Positions 12,533 to 25,504 of a stretch of DNA of 64,000 nt are shown one piece after another. The DNA comes from Eledone cirrhosa (Eukaryota), in assembly GCA_964016885.1 (NCBI GenBank), contig OZ024741.1, positions 145,390,001 through 145,454,000 on the forward strand, read 5' to 3'. Each line of letters starts with the position of its first letter. Position 1 is the stretch's first letter. Below the pieces are notes generated by a model. The model saw only the letters and a list, made by a program, of their open reading frames with translations, searched no databases and was not told the origin of the DNA. The position numbers and the translations under genes were made by a program.

Positions 12533-13746
12533 GAAAATAAGGCGGCGGTCCCTTCTGGGAAATGGCCATGCTCAGTGTGTAGGAAAGGCGTAGGTAGAAA
12601 CTCTATTTTATGTCCCAAATGCAAAGTATGGGTGCATAAAAGATGTAGTGGGATCACAGGTAAGCTAACTAAGAACATAGATTTTACATGTGGCCGGTGC
12701 TCTGGTGCAATAAGTAGCAGCAAGTGCCCACAAAATACTAGCTCTTACAACTGCGCAGAGGGCTCTATAGAAATAGTGGACAGCTTTCGTTACCTGGGTG
12801 ACAAAATCAGCAGTGGGGGAGGGTGCTCAGAAAGTACAGTAGCTAGAGTCAGAACTGGATGGAAAAAGTTCAGAGAGCTTATACCACTATTAGCTGCTAA
12901 AGGGTTCTCCCTAAAAATGAAAGGCAGGTTGTATGATGCCTGCATACGAACAGCAATGTTGCATGGCAGTGAGACCTGGGCATTGTGTGCAGAGGATATA
13001 CAGAGACTAGAGAGGAATGAAGCTTGCATGCTCCTCTGGATGTGTAATAGTAATATACGTGAACGGCAAAGCATAAACGAACTAAGGAAAAAATTAGAAA
13101 TAAGAGGGATCAGATGTTGTTTACTCGAGAGAAGGCTACGTTGGTATGGACACGTGATGCGCATGAAAGTCGATAGCTGTATAACAAAGTGCAGGGAAAT
13201 AAAGATAGACGGTAGCCACGGAATAGGCAGACCTAGAAAAACCTGGGACGAGCTGATAAACTCCGACCTCACACACTTACACCTCTCCAAGACAATGTCA
13301 CTGGACCGAGACCTTTGGCGGTACTCAGTAACAGAGAAGACCCGCCTTACCTAAATACATAGTAAAACCTACTACAGCCAGTAGGCATCTCTAACAAAAT
13401 ACACCCCGTCCCACCACCCCCACCCCATCCACACCACCCCCTTCTATGTAAAGTTATGTCGGTGCCACGCCATCCTGGCCGAAACAAATGAGATCGTGTA
13501 GGTGTCACGACAAAAAAACACACAGTCCACGCTGTAATGTGGCCGTGTAGGCAACACGGTAAAAACCTCCCAGACCCACACTGTAAATGTGGTTGGTGTT
13601 AGGAAGGGCATCCAACTGTAGAAAACCTGCCAGACAGTCCTATGCGAGCAAGAGAATCACTCTTGCCTCAAGTGGGAATACCCCCGTCCAAACCCATGCA
13701 AGCGTGGAACACGGACGTTAAACGTTGATGATGATGATGATGATGA
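12533..13746 (+). mobile_element. Young 5'-truncated RTE LINE, open from the PHD-like finger to the stop codon
   Basis: ORF 12488-13354 contains WPCSVC..CPKC..VHKRC..CGRC, IVDSFRYLG, MLHGSETW, RLRWYGHVMR and GRPRKTW. 3' UTR and (GAT)n tail follow. Confidence 0.95.
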
Positions 13747-14217
13747 ATATAAAGAAAAGAAAGAAAAGATGAGAATGAGAATGACATTATATATATATAT
13801 TCTAGCGGCTTCCCGCCTACATTAGTGATCCCCTCTGGCTTCTCAACATTCCCTACCAGATATATATATATATATATATAAAACATATAGATTTACATAT
13901 ACATAAACTAGACAGAGCCATAGATATATATATGTGTTTTTGACAACCATTCACGGTGTGGCTCAATGACGAATTAATTAATTAAATAATCAACAATCAG
14001 AGCAATATATAAGAAAGTAAGTCCATAGAATCATTTGATAAAATATATACAGTATTTCTTCTCCCAATCGGCATAATTAACCACACAAAAAATCAATTAA
14101 ACAAGGCTATAAGTTTAAAATGTACCTATGAAGAAACAATAGATAAATAAATGAGAGCTATTTTATCCGCGATCAACAGCCACAGAAGATTTACCTAGTA
14201 TTTTTAATAGCCCGTAG

Positions 14218-14258
14218 AAATTAGGTACAAAATTAGGTACAAAATTAGGTACAAAATC
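14218..14258. repeat. Tandem 12-mer AAATTAGGTACA x3
   Basis: Directly visible. Confidence 0.9.
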
Positions 14259-14270
14259 AAAGTTAGAAGA

Positions 14271-14535
14271 AAACATTCGATTCGTTAGCAATCATGCAAA
14301 CAAGCCTCAATTTTTATAGCCATGTCAGTAGAATGAACCCTTCATTGTTGCTCTTGTGTTGGCATGTGAACAGAACTGCAGACACTAATGTTTCTGGGTA
14401 TCACCCTTCATCAGTACTTACATCCTTACGGGGTCAATAAAATAAAGTACCAGTAATACACTGGGATAATAGGTGGTTTTGTGCCAAAAGTAGAAACAAT
14501 TATTAATATTCAAAAAACTCAGATTACATTTATTA
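14271..14535 (-). mobile_element. Second copy of the 16211-16592 hammerhead fold-back element, disrupted by a SINE fragment
   Basis: 14271-14417 matches the reverse complement of 16414-16562. The SINE 3' half lies at 14421-14503. 14499-14532 matches 16561-16592. Confidence 0.75.
14375..14417 (-). ncRNA. Type I hammerhead ribozyme (stem I truncated)
   Basis: Minus strand gta CTGATGA a ggg tgata ccc a GAAA cattagtg TC tgcagt; core identical to 16409-16458. Confidence 0.7.
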
Positions 14536-15595
14536 TATATATGTATATACATACACTTTATTAAGTAACTGATATTACATTTTTATTTCTGTTTCGCTTC
14601 TCTTAGAATCTGGTCACAAATTAAAAAGAGAAAATATATTCTAGGTTTGAATGGAGGGTTCTTGTATCATAATTTGCAAAATAGTAGGGGCTGTGGTCAG
14701 CTACCTACTAATCAAATCATTCCAGTCAACAAACACTGTACTTGTACACTAACTGATCAAGCACATCTATACATATATATTCATTTTATTCTTTTTTCTG
14801 CCTAAGATATGTTATGCATATTCTTCTAGTGTGGATAGGTATGTTTTTTAGGGGGGGGGGGGGTCTGTGAGTATAAAGCAAAGGCTTTAATACTTTTGAT
14901 ACCAACCCAGCCAAAACTGGATCTAGTTCTGTGAAATAAAACCATCCATTTCAAAGGGGTTCCTATTTAAAACAAAATTTCTAACATAATTTTAGATAAG
15001 AACAATATATTAAATTATTATAGTACTAATGAAATAATTTATAATTTTGGTAAATAATTCAAAACTACATTCATTAATTGAAATACATTGTATTCATTAG
15101 TAATATGGATGAAAAAGTTAATTGATTGCTGCCTCTATATGTCCTTTCTTTGCATTCTTCAAAGTGACTTCTAGAAAATTTAAGTTTCTAATATCAAAAG
15201 GATTTTTTTCACTATTTTTATTGGAAACCCATGGTAATTGTGGTTTAGTGGGAGAAAATATATCTTTTAGAATATCAGTCATCATCACTGTTTAACTTCT
15301 ATTTTTCATTGCTTGCATGGTTTAGACAAGTGTGACACTTTGAGCATGTGTTATTTATCATACTATAGCCATGGATTGATCAGTGCCTTTTGAGTGAACT
15401 TGATAGATAAACAAAAGGTAAGTAAACCTGTTGTATATGTGTGTGAGTTTCTGTATATATCATCTTCATCATCATCATGTAATGTCCACTTTCTCTGATT
15501 GCAAGGGTTGGTTCGGTCTGCATAGACCAAGTCAGTATTGAACAGTGTATGAGTCATGATTTACACATGTGTGCGTATGTATGGAGAGGAAATAT

Positions 15596-15755
15596 CAGGT
15601 GTAGTGTTGGCGAATTTCAGGAAGCATGGCAGTTTTGAAGGATGCAGTGTCCCAACAGCTAACAACTGATGCAGGCAGTTTGTTCCATGCTTCAGCAACT
15701 CTGAGCATGAAGTCTGATTTTGATTTAGTATAAGCTGCATTGTGCACAAGAAGTA
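15596..15755 (-). mobile_element. CR1/L2-group LINE 3' end
   Basis: Minus strand reads FMLRVAEAWNKLPASVVSCWDTASFKTAMLPEIRQHYT*, the WNxLP..VV...SFK motif at the CR1-group ORF2 C-terminus. Confidence 0.75.
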
Positions 15756-16210
15756 TTTATTATTCAATTAATTACATAGCAAAACAAATGCACCTTATGC
15801 ATATTAGACGATACGTTTCAATGAATTTCTACTTTGTGTTTGGCATAAATAGCAACTACTATAAATTCTTTCTGTAGGAGGAAGTACTAAGGGCAGTTGT
15901 CTATTGATGAATGGCCAAAAAGCCACAGAATGCACAAGGGCAATATCTTATGTGTTTCTGTGTTCAGAACAAAAAAAAAACAAAAAACAAAACATATTCA
16001 CACCTGTTTGTACTCCCAGCAAGGTATATAAAACCCTATGGTTATATCTACATTAAATTTATCTTAGATCTTGTTACACACACGTAATGCTTAAGATGGC
16101 TATCTTTAGAAGGAAGATAACTTAATATATATGTCAAGCCTATGATTTCATAAAGATAATTAAAAGTAAATAAAAAAGAACATTTTTTTCGTTCTACATG
16201 GCAGAATACA

Positions 16211-16592
16211 ATAAATGTAATCTGAGTTTTTTGAATATTAATAATAACATTCGATTCATTTGCAATTATGCAAGCAAGCCTCAATTTTATAGCCATGTCA
16301 GTAGAATGAGCCCTTCATTCTTGCTCTTGTGTTGGCATGTGAACAGAACTGTATTTTTGAAAATAGCATATATTTTCACTAGCTCTGACAGTTTGGCAGG
16401 TGAACAATGAGCTGTACTGATGAAGGGTGATACCCAGAAACATTAGTGTCTGCAGTTCTGGTCACATACCAACACAAGAGCAAGAATGAAGGGTGGGTTC
16501 ATTCTACTGACATGGCTATAAAATTGAAGCTTGTTTGCATAATTGCAAATGAATTGAATGTTATTAATATTCGAAAAACTCAGATTACATTT
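16211..16592 (+). mobile_element. Fold-back Penelope-like mini-element with a central hammerhead
   Basis: Inverted arms at about 16211-16352 and 16452-16592 enclose a ~100 bp spacer containing the hammerhead. Confidence 0.8.
16409..16458 (+). ncRNA. Type I hammerhead ribozyme, canonical core
   Basis: Stem I GAGCTGTA/TGCAGTTC (8 bp, two G-U). CTGATGA at 16417-16423. Stem II GGG/CCC. GAAA at 16437-16440. Stem III ACA-TTAG-TGT. GTC cleavage after 16450. Confidence 0.88.
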
Positions 16593-18170
16593 AATTAAAA
16601 GTACAATTCCTCAAAGTAATATTGACTAGTTTTATCCATGTTAGGAATCTTCCAGTGTACATAAATTCAGATCTTGTTTAATATGTTCAACTGTTTCTGT
16701 TATGTGTGTTGCCATTAACACTGTCAATAAATCTTTCCATAATTATTGAAAACTCATTATCACTTACCCTAAAATTAATAACAGCATTATTCAAACTACA
16801 TACATCCCACACCAAAACTCTCTCATTCACTCATGATTCTACAATCAACTGCTATCTTCTTTCTCATTATATAGGAGTACTTGTCTATGGTTTAGATTGT
16901 CACATCAAATTAATGATAGGAATTAGATGTAACGCCAGTTTAAAAGTTTTCACTGCAATCCCTTCAATTATTCATTAGCCTTCTGTCACCTGCATATATC
17001 TTAATTACAGCCTTTTAATTATATTTGCTTTTCTCAAACTCTATATTTTCTATTTTACAGATAGCTCCCATGATAATTAAATTTATTATATCTCATACTC
17101 ACTATTCTATTTTATTTCCAGAAGGTCAAGTATATGTATTGGAATTGAATTAAACATAATATATATTACTGGTAATTTATCATCTCATTGGTGGAAAGAT
17201 AATGGGTTAAGGGAGCCCACCCTCAACTGTTATTTGAGCTCAGGACATACATGTATTTAATAATATTTTTAGAAGTAAAATCATTTATACAATTAAGTAT
17301 TATACTTAGAAGATACAGCTAGGTGGTAAAGGATCCACAATTCTAATCCACAGAAAAAGACCTGTAAATGTGTTTCTGAGTAAGACTATTTATCAGCGCC
17401 TTTATAACAACATTATAGGCTCCCAGGCAAAGTAATGCACTGGAGTTCTTACATACACAATCACACCATATGTAAGTTAACATTGGAACCTTGTCAAGGT
17501 GGGCCTACAGGTAATCCTCTCCAGGATCAGATTAAGTCGTTTTGAGGCCCAAAGCATTTAAAAAATTATAGTGCACCCACCCCCGTATATAAAGTCTGTA
17601 AAATAATTTTTTTGTTTAATGTGTGTGTATATGGGGGTGGGGGTGGGTGGGGTGGGTGACAAATATATTTAATTTGAATAAAATAGTAGTCCTCTTCCCT
17701 TGATGTCCTATGCATATGCTTATTTTCCTTAATGGTTAAGCAAGTCAACACATTGTCAACACATACACAGGTAAAGATAATCATCATGTATCTATTTGCA
17801 GCTAAGTAAATAATCCAGCAATTGTTAAATATCAGATACTTGGTAGCACCAACCAGAAGACATGAACCATGCCCCTGTCAGTCTATAAGAGGATATTCTA
17901 GCAATATTTTCTAGGTTGCCTTCATCAATTAGAAGTAAAAACAGAATTATTTTTAAAGAATTTATTATGATTTATTTGCATTATTCAAATAGAAAATACC
18001 TTTTAAAAATGTTCCTTCTATGACACTCAACTCAAAACTGTTACATAACTATCTTTGCCCCTTAAAGTTAATTTTATTATACCAAAACTAGCTTGTTAAC
18101 TCAATTTTAACACTATTTAATTATATATATACCATCATCATCATCATCATACTTTTTACACTTGTGTATG

Positions 18171-18224
<54 letters not shown>

Positions 18225-18429
18225 CGCATATAATACATATACACATACATATTCAACATTCTTTGCAAAATATTTTGATTTATTAGTGACAAAATTTCAT
18301 GAAAAATTAAATCTTCCAACACCTTTGAAAATGGTGTCAATACTTCATTTAAGTTTCTTCATTGTTTGTTTTTTAACAGCAGAATTTTAATTAAGTCATA
18401 ATTATCATTAGCAAGTGGTATTGTGTTGC

Positions 18430-18900
18430 AGCATGAGACTTTAACTTTGCAGCGTTATCTATAGCAGATGCTTTAATTTCCCCTGTGGAAACAAAGTTCT
18501 GATACTGGTAATGAATATGGTGGCTGCCAACTCGTTTTCGAGTACGGCCACTACTTTACATCCATGTAGGAGAACCCCTACCGAAGCGCTGAACGAGTGT
18601 GACTTTTTAGTCCAGCCAGCGACTTGAAAACTCTGGTACAAACACTACACTTGTGACAATTATTGACACATAGTGCTGGGCCCATGGTACCATGTGAGGA
18701 CAAGTGCAGAGAGATCTCCAGATATAAAGCAATGCCTGTGCCGTGAAGCTTTTATAGTGAGCAAAGGCACTGCACAAAGCCAGTCCCACTCTCTTAACCA
18801 AGATGATATTTACCAAAAAGAAGAACAAGTCAACATCATTGGATACCATCAGGGTTGCAGGTGTTATATCAGAGTTTTCCTTCTCCTAGAATTCTGCCTG
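18430..18900 (-). mobile_element. Possible RTE-type LINE 5' region
   Basis: Minus strand begins CTAGGAGAAGGAAAACTCTGATATAA, resembling (from memory) RTE 5' UTR motifs. GC-elevated; no recognisable protein motif. Confidence 0.3.
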
Positions 18901-18914
18901 GAATTCTGCTCCTA

Positions 18915-19347
18915 GAATACATACATACATACACACACATATATATGTATATGTATGTGTATGTATGTATGTATGCATGCATACATATATGCATATATAC
19001 ATATCATTAATACATACATATATATACATACATATACATTCATACATACATATATATATATACATACATACATATATATATATACATATCTATATATATA
19101 CATACATATATGCATAGATATATATACATACATACATATATATAAATACATATATGTATATACATACATATATGTATATACATACATATGTATATACATA
19201 CATATATGTATATACATACATATACATAAATACATGCATATACATGCATACACATACATACATACACACACATACATATACATACATATACCAATACATA
19301 CATATACATACATATACATACATACATAATATATATATTTATATATA
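18915..19347. repeat. (TACA)/(TA) compound microsatellite
   Basis: Directly visible. Confidence 0.95.
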
Positions 19348-19394
19348 GAATAAGGAAAAGCGAAGTAGTTTCAGATGTTCAAGTCTTTTAATAA

Positions 19395-19700
19395 TAATGC
19401 TGTGATATATATTTCAATGGCGAAAGTGGCCACACTGTTCTGTGCGCCAGCTTCGCGACATCGTCAGACAGCTTGTTACATAATAAGGTTATGTTTCTGA
19501 GGCAATCCAAATTGAATCGACTTGGGAACGGACGAAGTGTGTGCTTTTGGGTTCTTCGTTCGTTCCCCTGTGCGTACCAATTCACCCCCACTGGTCTGCG
19601 CAAGTGCAGGTCCAGGGGAAGTTGACCATTAGCTACTGCAGATTTCAACGAAATTCGCTTACAGTTCCCCCTCACAGCCAAACAATGACCCATTCAAGGG
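19395..19700 (-). mobile_element. Probable CR1/L2-group LINE 3' fragment
   Basis: Minus ORF ends RFNLDCLRN..LCNKLSDDVAKL, resembling the R.NFF..R..N.WNKLP..VV ending; (TTA) tail. Confidence 0.4.
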
Positions 19701-20381
19701 GGCACCATAGTTTACTGCTACCCATTCCCTCTGTGGCAGTGAGCCGAAGACCAGTGGAGATTTGAGAGTGTTAGTATTTACAGGTCTCTTTACTACCTCT
19801 TACTAAGCATGGACAGTATAACTGACCATCAACCCCTAAGAGAATATATTTAATTCTATGTATCATAGTTTCATATTGGAAGTTATAAGTGAAATTAGAA
19901 CTAAAAATTACAATTTGAAATCGAAAATCCTAAATCAAGTATCAGAAATTAGAAATTAAAAAATTAACAATTAGAAATTAAACAATTAAAAAAAATTTTC
20001 AAGTGAGAATCCGGATTGAGGTGAGGAAAAAAATATAGATTCAAGTGAGTAAATAATATGCAGAGAGATGTTTAAGTAAGAAGTTCTGAAAGGGGTCTTA
20101 ATGTTACAGTTACACTATCTACATACTGAACAATGGTACCATACAGTAGAACTGAGTGTAAATTACAGTATGAAAGGTAGTAGCTAATCGGGTACATAGT
20201 CATAATTTCCATCACATGGAAGAAAACCAATAAAAACATATATAAAGTACACAAAAAAAAAGAACTAACGAATGAATAAATGAATGAATGAATGAATGAA
20301 TACAAAAACACATAGAGTACATATATGCAAAATGATCCATATTATTGTCAATTTGTCCATGTATAGATTGATATATATATT

Positions 20382-20491
<110 letters not shown>

Positions 20492-20676
20492 AAGAAAGAG
20501 TTGATGGATATTGAATTGCTATTGTTGATCATGATATGTGATGGAGTTGTAAAGCTACATCATATGTTTATATCTACTGACATCTTTGTGTGTTAAAGTT
20601 GATTAATTTACTACTGGTTACTAGAAATTGATAGGTAGGCAGGTGGAATGAAATACTCAAGGCATACGTCTGTGTG

Positions 20677-20721
<45 letters not shown>

Positions 20722-20845
20722 CTGAACAAAAATGAAAAAATGAACACAGACATATACATATATGTGTTCAAATCGTAATTTACTGTAATGAGACTATTTT
20801 GAGTCTTTAACTCAATACATGCCTTTGATATATATATAAAATATA

Positions 20846-21015
20846 TCATCATCATTTCATCATTTTACGTCCGCTTTTCCCTGCTTGCAAGGGTGGGACG
20901 GGAACTGATTTTGGCTTGATTTCTACAGCTGGATTCCCTTCCTAACACCAACTTCATTTACAGTGAGTGCTGGGTGCTTTTTTGCCGTGGCACCTCCACA
21001 TCCACTTTGCAGTGG
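20846..21015 (-). mobile_element. RTE-tailed SINE-like 3' module
   Basis: Minus: CAGCACTCACTGTAAATGAAGTTGGTGTTAGGAAGGGAATCCAGCTGTAGAAA...CCCGTCCCACCCTTGCAAGCAGGGAAAAGCGGACGTAAAATGATG. The tail is identical to that of the RTE at 32308-32372. Confidence 0.7.
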
Positions 21016-21047
21016 AATGATAGGGACCCCAGTCCTATCATCTCATT

Positions 21048-21182
21048 TCTACAGCTGAGTAAACTGGAGCAATGTGAAATAAAGTGTCTTGCTCAAGGAA
21101 ACAACACATCACCCAGTCTGAGAATTGAACTCACAACCTTTTGATTGCAAGGTAAATACTCTAACCACTAAGCCATGTGCCT
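21048..21182 (-). mobile_element. tRNA-derived SINE (family B)
   Basis: Minus: A box TGGCTTAGTGG, B box GAGTTCAATTC, then TCCTTGAGCAAGACACTT. Another copy at 37937-38052. Confidence 0.8.
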
Positions 21183-23737
21183 CCATATATATATATACTT
21201 ACATATATATACAGACACATATTATATATATTTATAAATTGTGTTCATTCTCCAACACTACACCTAGTATTCCCACTCCATACACATACACAGATGTATA
21301 TCATGACTCATACACTATTCACTTCCCTGACATTTGTATATTATTCTTTGTACTATACATGCACATTTGACGAGTTGTAGTGCACCTGAGCACTTTACAC
21401 AATAATTTCATTATTATTATTTTATATATATATCCCTAATATATAATATATAATATAATGTGTGTTGGATCATTGGTTGGATGTCATGTTTGATAAAAGT
21501 GAGACAGAAAGAGTGAAGAGGGAGAGAGTAATAGAGAAAGATAGTGTATCCTTTGTCAGTTTTAGTTGTCTGATAAACTGAATATTATGTTCATTAAATC
21601 AACAATCAATTGGCCCAGTATTTCATAGACATGTGTACTATTAATGTAATACCTGAAATTACAGACAGCAATTTCTTAATCTCTCAGCCATGTTTATATT
21701 TGCTTGTGTAAGATGATGGATCTTCCGTCGGCTTTGATGGTGAGCATCAACTATTCATGTGTAAGGGGTTGAGTATTCTTGAAATATGTATGCCCTTAAC
21801 ATAATTCTCTGGCAGTAATAGTATGACACAATATATGACAAGGCTGGACCTTTGAATTACAGGTAAAATTAATTGGATGGGATTCCACATAATTTTCATG
21901 TAAACAATTTCACTCACAGACTTGAGTCACCCCCAAGACTATGATAAAAGACAAAGATGTTATACAGTGAGATCAAACCCAGACATTTTTGACAGGGATG
22001 CAAATTTCTGTCAGTGACTATTTATGGAAGATACTCCTATACTCAATTCAGCTCTCTCCATTTGCAAATCTTCAGAAATGTAACATTGTTTAAACTAATA
22101 AGAGATTTTCCAAAATTTAATTGAATAGCAAAAAAAAAAGCTCACAGGAAATTATATATATTCCAAACAAGTTGGAGTAATCAGAATAATTAGCTTATTT
22201 CAAAATTATGGGATGAGATTTAAAATAAAAATAATTTCAGCGTTTTTTTTCGAAAATGGTTTGTGCAATTTTATTTGTTGCTACACTTACATTGCAAGCA
22301 TGCTTTGCATACAGAATTAGCTTAAAGGCAAGTTAGTTACAAGATCTATCTATGCTTCGATTCCCTGTTTTTATCTATAAGAATCTGTTTCTGAAGTTTA
22401 CATTCTTTATAAAGTATTCAATATTGATTGGTGTTGACAGAACAAAATATTTCTTTTCTCTATGTATCCAAGCAAACAGAGAGGGGGATATTATGTGTTA
22501 TGTGTATGTATGTGTCATGTGTATGTGTGTGAGTATGTATGTGTCTGTGGGAGAAAGACAGAAACAGAGATAAATCTTACAATTCAAATAAAGTTGCTTT
22601 GTCCACACTCAGATTTATGTACAACAAAAGCAATAAAAATGTTTTAAGCAATGTTCCCTGTTAAAGCTAGGGTTAGCTGTGTGGAGGACATAAGACACTT
22701 CTCCAAATTGCCCTATCCTCTAAATCCCCCCTCACCAACCCCATGGCTTCCATTTCCTTTAGCCATGTCTTTCTTAGTTTTATCTTTAGTCATGTTTTTT
22801 GCCATCTTACCATTCCTCTACTTAAATATTAGTAAATACAATTTCTTCATCACTCTTGATATATTACAGTCTTATATATCTACAGTTAGATGTTGTTTCC
22901 TATTCAACTATCCCCTAAATATTGTACACTGTGACATCCTCCAATTTCCTTCTTTTCTTTTCCCTTCTACTCTTTTAGATCCTATAATGATTTAGCAAAT
23001 TAGTCTAAAAACAGAGATGCTAACTTAAATGCTGACATCTCAGTGGACAGATTATTGTGAACATTTGTAATATGAAGACTTTGATATTTAATGTGATACA
23101 ATCATAGTGATGTTTTGTACTTTTCAAGAACATCTTGAAAATGTGGTTTCATGTGTTTCATTAATTTTAGTGGAAAGATCAATGTTTTGTAATTTTCAGG
23201 AGCATCTTACAACAGCATAATCATCACCACCACAACCAAAGTCATCATGGTCATTATCATCATATTTCTCATCATTAACATCAGCATTATCTTCTTCATT
23301 ATAAATATATCATCATCATGATCAGGACTATAAATGATGATGATCATTATCATTTTATATCAATTTTTCAATGCTAGTGTGGGTTTTACCATCAGCACTA
23401 GCAATGTCACATACTGTCAATGATGGCATAGGTGGTTGTGAAGGAGTGCAGTGACAGAGATGTTAGTAACTGGGACATTGTTACAGTATGGCAACATCTG
23501 GCACCAAAGTCACCCTAATTAATTGACAATATAGATTCTATTCAGCAGCTGTGGCCAACAATTAATTAATAATCACATCATACCCCTATTTAAAAGAATG
23601 ACATATATATATGTGTGTGTGTATATACCATTCTCTTTATATGTAAGAATGATACACACATATATGTTATTCTTTATATCTGTAAATTTGCCAGTGATTG
23701 CTCTTTCTTTCTTTTTTATTTATATATATATATATAT

Positions 23738-24103
23738 CAGGGGTGAAGGGTCCGTGCAAGCAACGCATGCAGTGCATGCGTTATAGAATCTTAAGTTAAT
23801 CAATTGCGTCGGTTGAAGCAAGCAGAATTTTGGCTGCTTACTAAAACGTATAGACACAAAAAAAGATAACATACACACATACACACACAATACATACACA
23901 CAAACACACGAGAGCTTTGGGGCAAGCAGAATTTTCACTGCTTATTAAATCGTAGACACATAAAAAGATAACACACACACACTAGATAACACTACATGCG
24001 GCTTTGACCGGGAGGGTCATTAGAGGGAATTGCTGCACAGCCCCACTTTCCGCCATGGCAATTGGACTGCATGCCCTGCTTTCTAGGTTATCCTTCGCAA
24101 TTG
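23738..24103. mobile_element. MITE with imperfect TIRs (hAT-like)
   Basis: Start CAGGGGTGAAGGG..AAGCA..GCATGCAGT versus reverse-complemented end CAATTGCGAAGGA..AAGCA..GCATGCAGT. Internal duplication 23821-23880/23926-23980. Flanked by (TA)n. Confidence 0.5.
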
Positions 24104-24118
24104 ATATATATATATATA

Positions 24119-25222
24119 TCTGTATATATATAAAATTAAGTATGTGTGTGTGTGTGTCTGTGTATTACCTATAGGGGCCTACATCTTACGACCGATTTCA
24201 TGAAACTTTACAAGCTCAAAGATTAGTCATCGGGGAGTGTTTTCTATATATGAGCAGGTCATTCTGCAGATAAAAATCGATCGGGGGGTCACCTTCTTTT
24301 AGGTATCGAAAAATAAGATTTTTGGCTCTAGCTCCCACATTTTGCCACCAATTTCGTTCAAATTTTAAAGCAAAATAGACTTTATCATTGCACATCCTGT
24401 AATGGTTTTATATTTTGCATTTTTTGTTCAGGGACGGTTAAATATTCAAAAATATCACTTTTAGACTCAAATTTCCACTTTTCCGGCTCTAGCTCCCACA
24501 TTAATCAACCTACTTTGTTCAAATGTTACACTACGCTAGATCTGATTATTTCACGTCTTAAAGTGGCTTTACATTTTGGATTTTTTGGTTCAGGAACGGC
24601 GTGACAGCCGCTTAAATATTCGAAAATACCACATTTTCGCTCAAATTTCTGCCTTTTCGGCTCTAGCTCCCACATTTTTCAACCGATTTCGTTCAAATTC
24701 GAAACTTCGGCTCCACCTCACACATAAATCAATTTATTTGGTTCAACTTTTATACTACGATAGAACCTATCATTAGCTCCCACATTTTTCAACCGATTTC
24801 GTTCAAATTCGAAACTGTGACTACACCTCACACATAAATCAATTTATTTGGTTCAACTTTTATACTACGATAGAACCTATCATTAGCTCCCACATTTTTC
24901 AACCGATTTCGTTCAAATTCGAAACTTTGACTACACCTCACACATAAATCAATTTATTTTGTTCAACTTTTATACTACGATAGAACCTATCATAGCTTTA
25001 CACTTTGCAATTTTTGTTCAGGGACGGCGTGACAGCCGTTTAATTATTCAAAATACGATTTTTTCCACCTCCCACATATTCCATACGATTTCACTCAACA
25101 TTTCGCCATTTGCTACACCTTACGACCGATTCTCGAGAAACTCGTAGTCGCTAAGATCAACACCTTTTCATCAAAGCAGATATTATTTTACCTACCCAGG
25201 CAACGCTGGATACTGCTGCTAG
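24119..25222 (+). mobile_element. Non-autonomous Helitron
   Basis: A|TC at the 5' end, subterminal hairpin CCAGGCAACGCTGG, CTAG|T at the 3' end, no TSD, internal tandem repeats. Confidence 0.88.
24664..24993. repeat. 110-bp tandem repeat x3 inside the Helitron
   Basis: Near-identical units start at 24664, 24774 and 24884. Confidence 0.95.
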
Positions 25223-25253
<31 letters not shown>

Positions 25254-25504
25254 GGAGAGATTGTTTTGTCATTTTGCAACTTCTCTGTTGTCATTAAAAT
25301 GAAGAACAAAGAACAAGAGAATAATTTTACATGAGACAGCGACATGTTGGTGAATGTAATAAATAGGAACTTTTTAATTAGTTTGGTAACAATTGCCTGC
25401 AGTAACAATGTAACTCTTACTGAAGCTAACATGTGATGTTACTTTAATAATACACACACCCAGCCCTTCACATAGAATTGAGACAACATTTAATAATAAT
25501 AATA

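Noticed and set aside
20148-20186. CTGAGTGTAAATTACAGTATGAAAGGTAG as a hammerhead
   Set aside because: The core is not CUGANGA and stem I is absent.
21100-21182. tRNA gene (also the heads at 37990-38052 and 11915-12000)
   Set aside because: A and B boxes are present but there is no cloverleaf, and each continues into a multi-copy SINE body.
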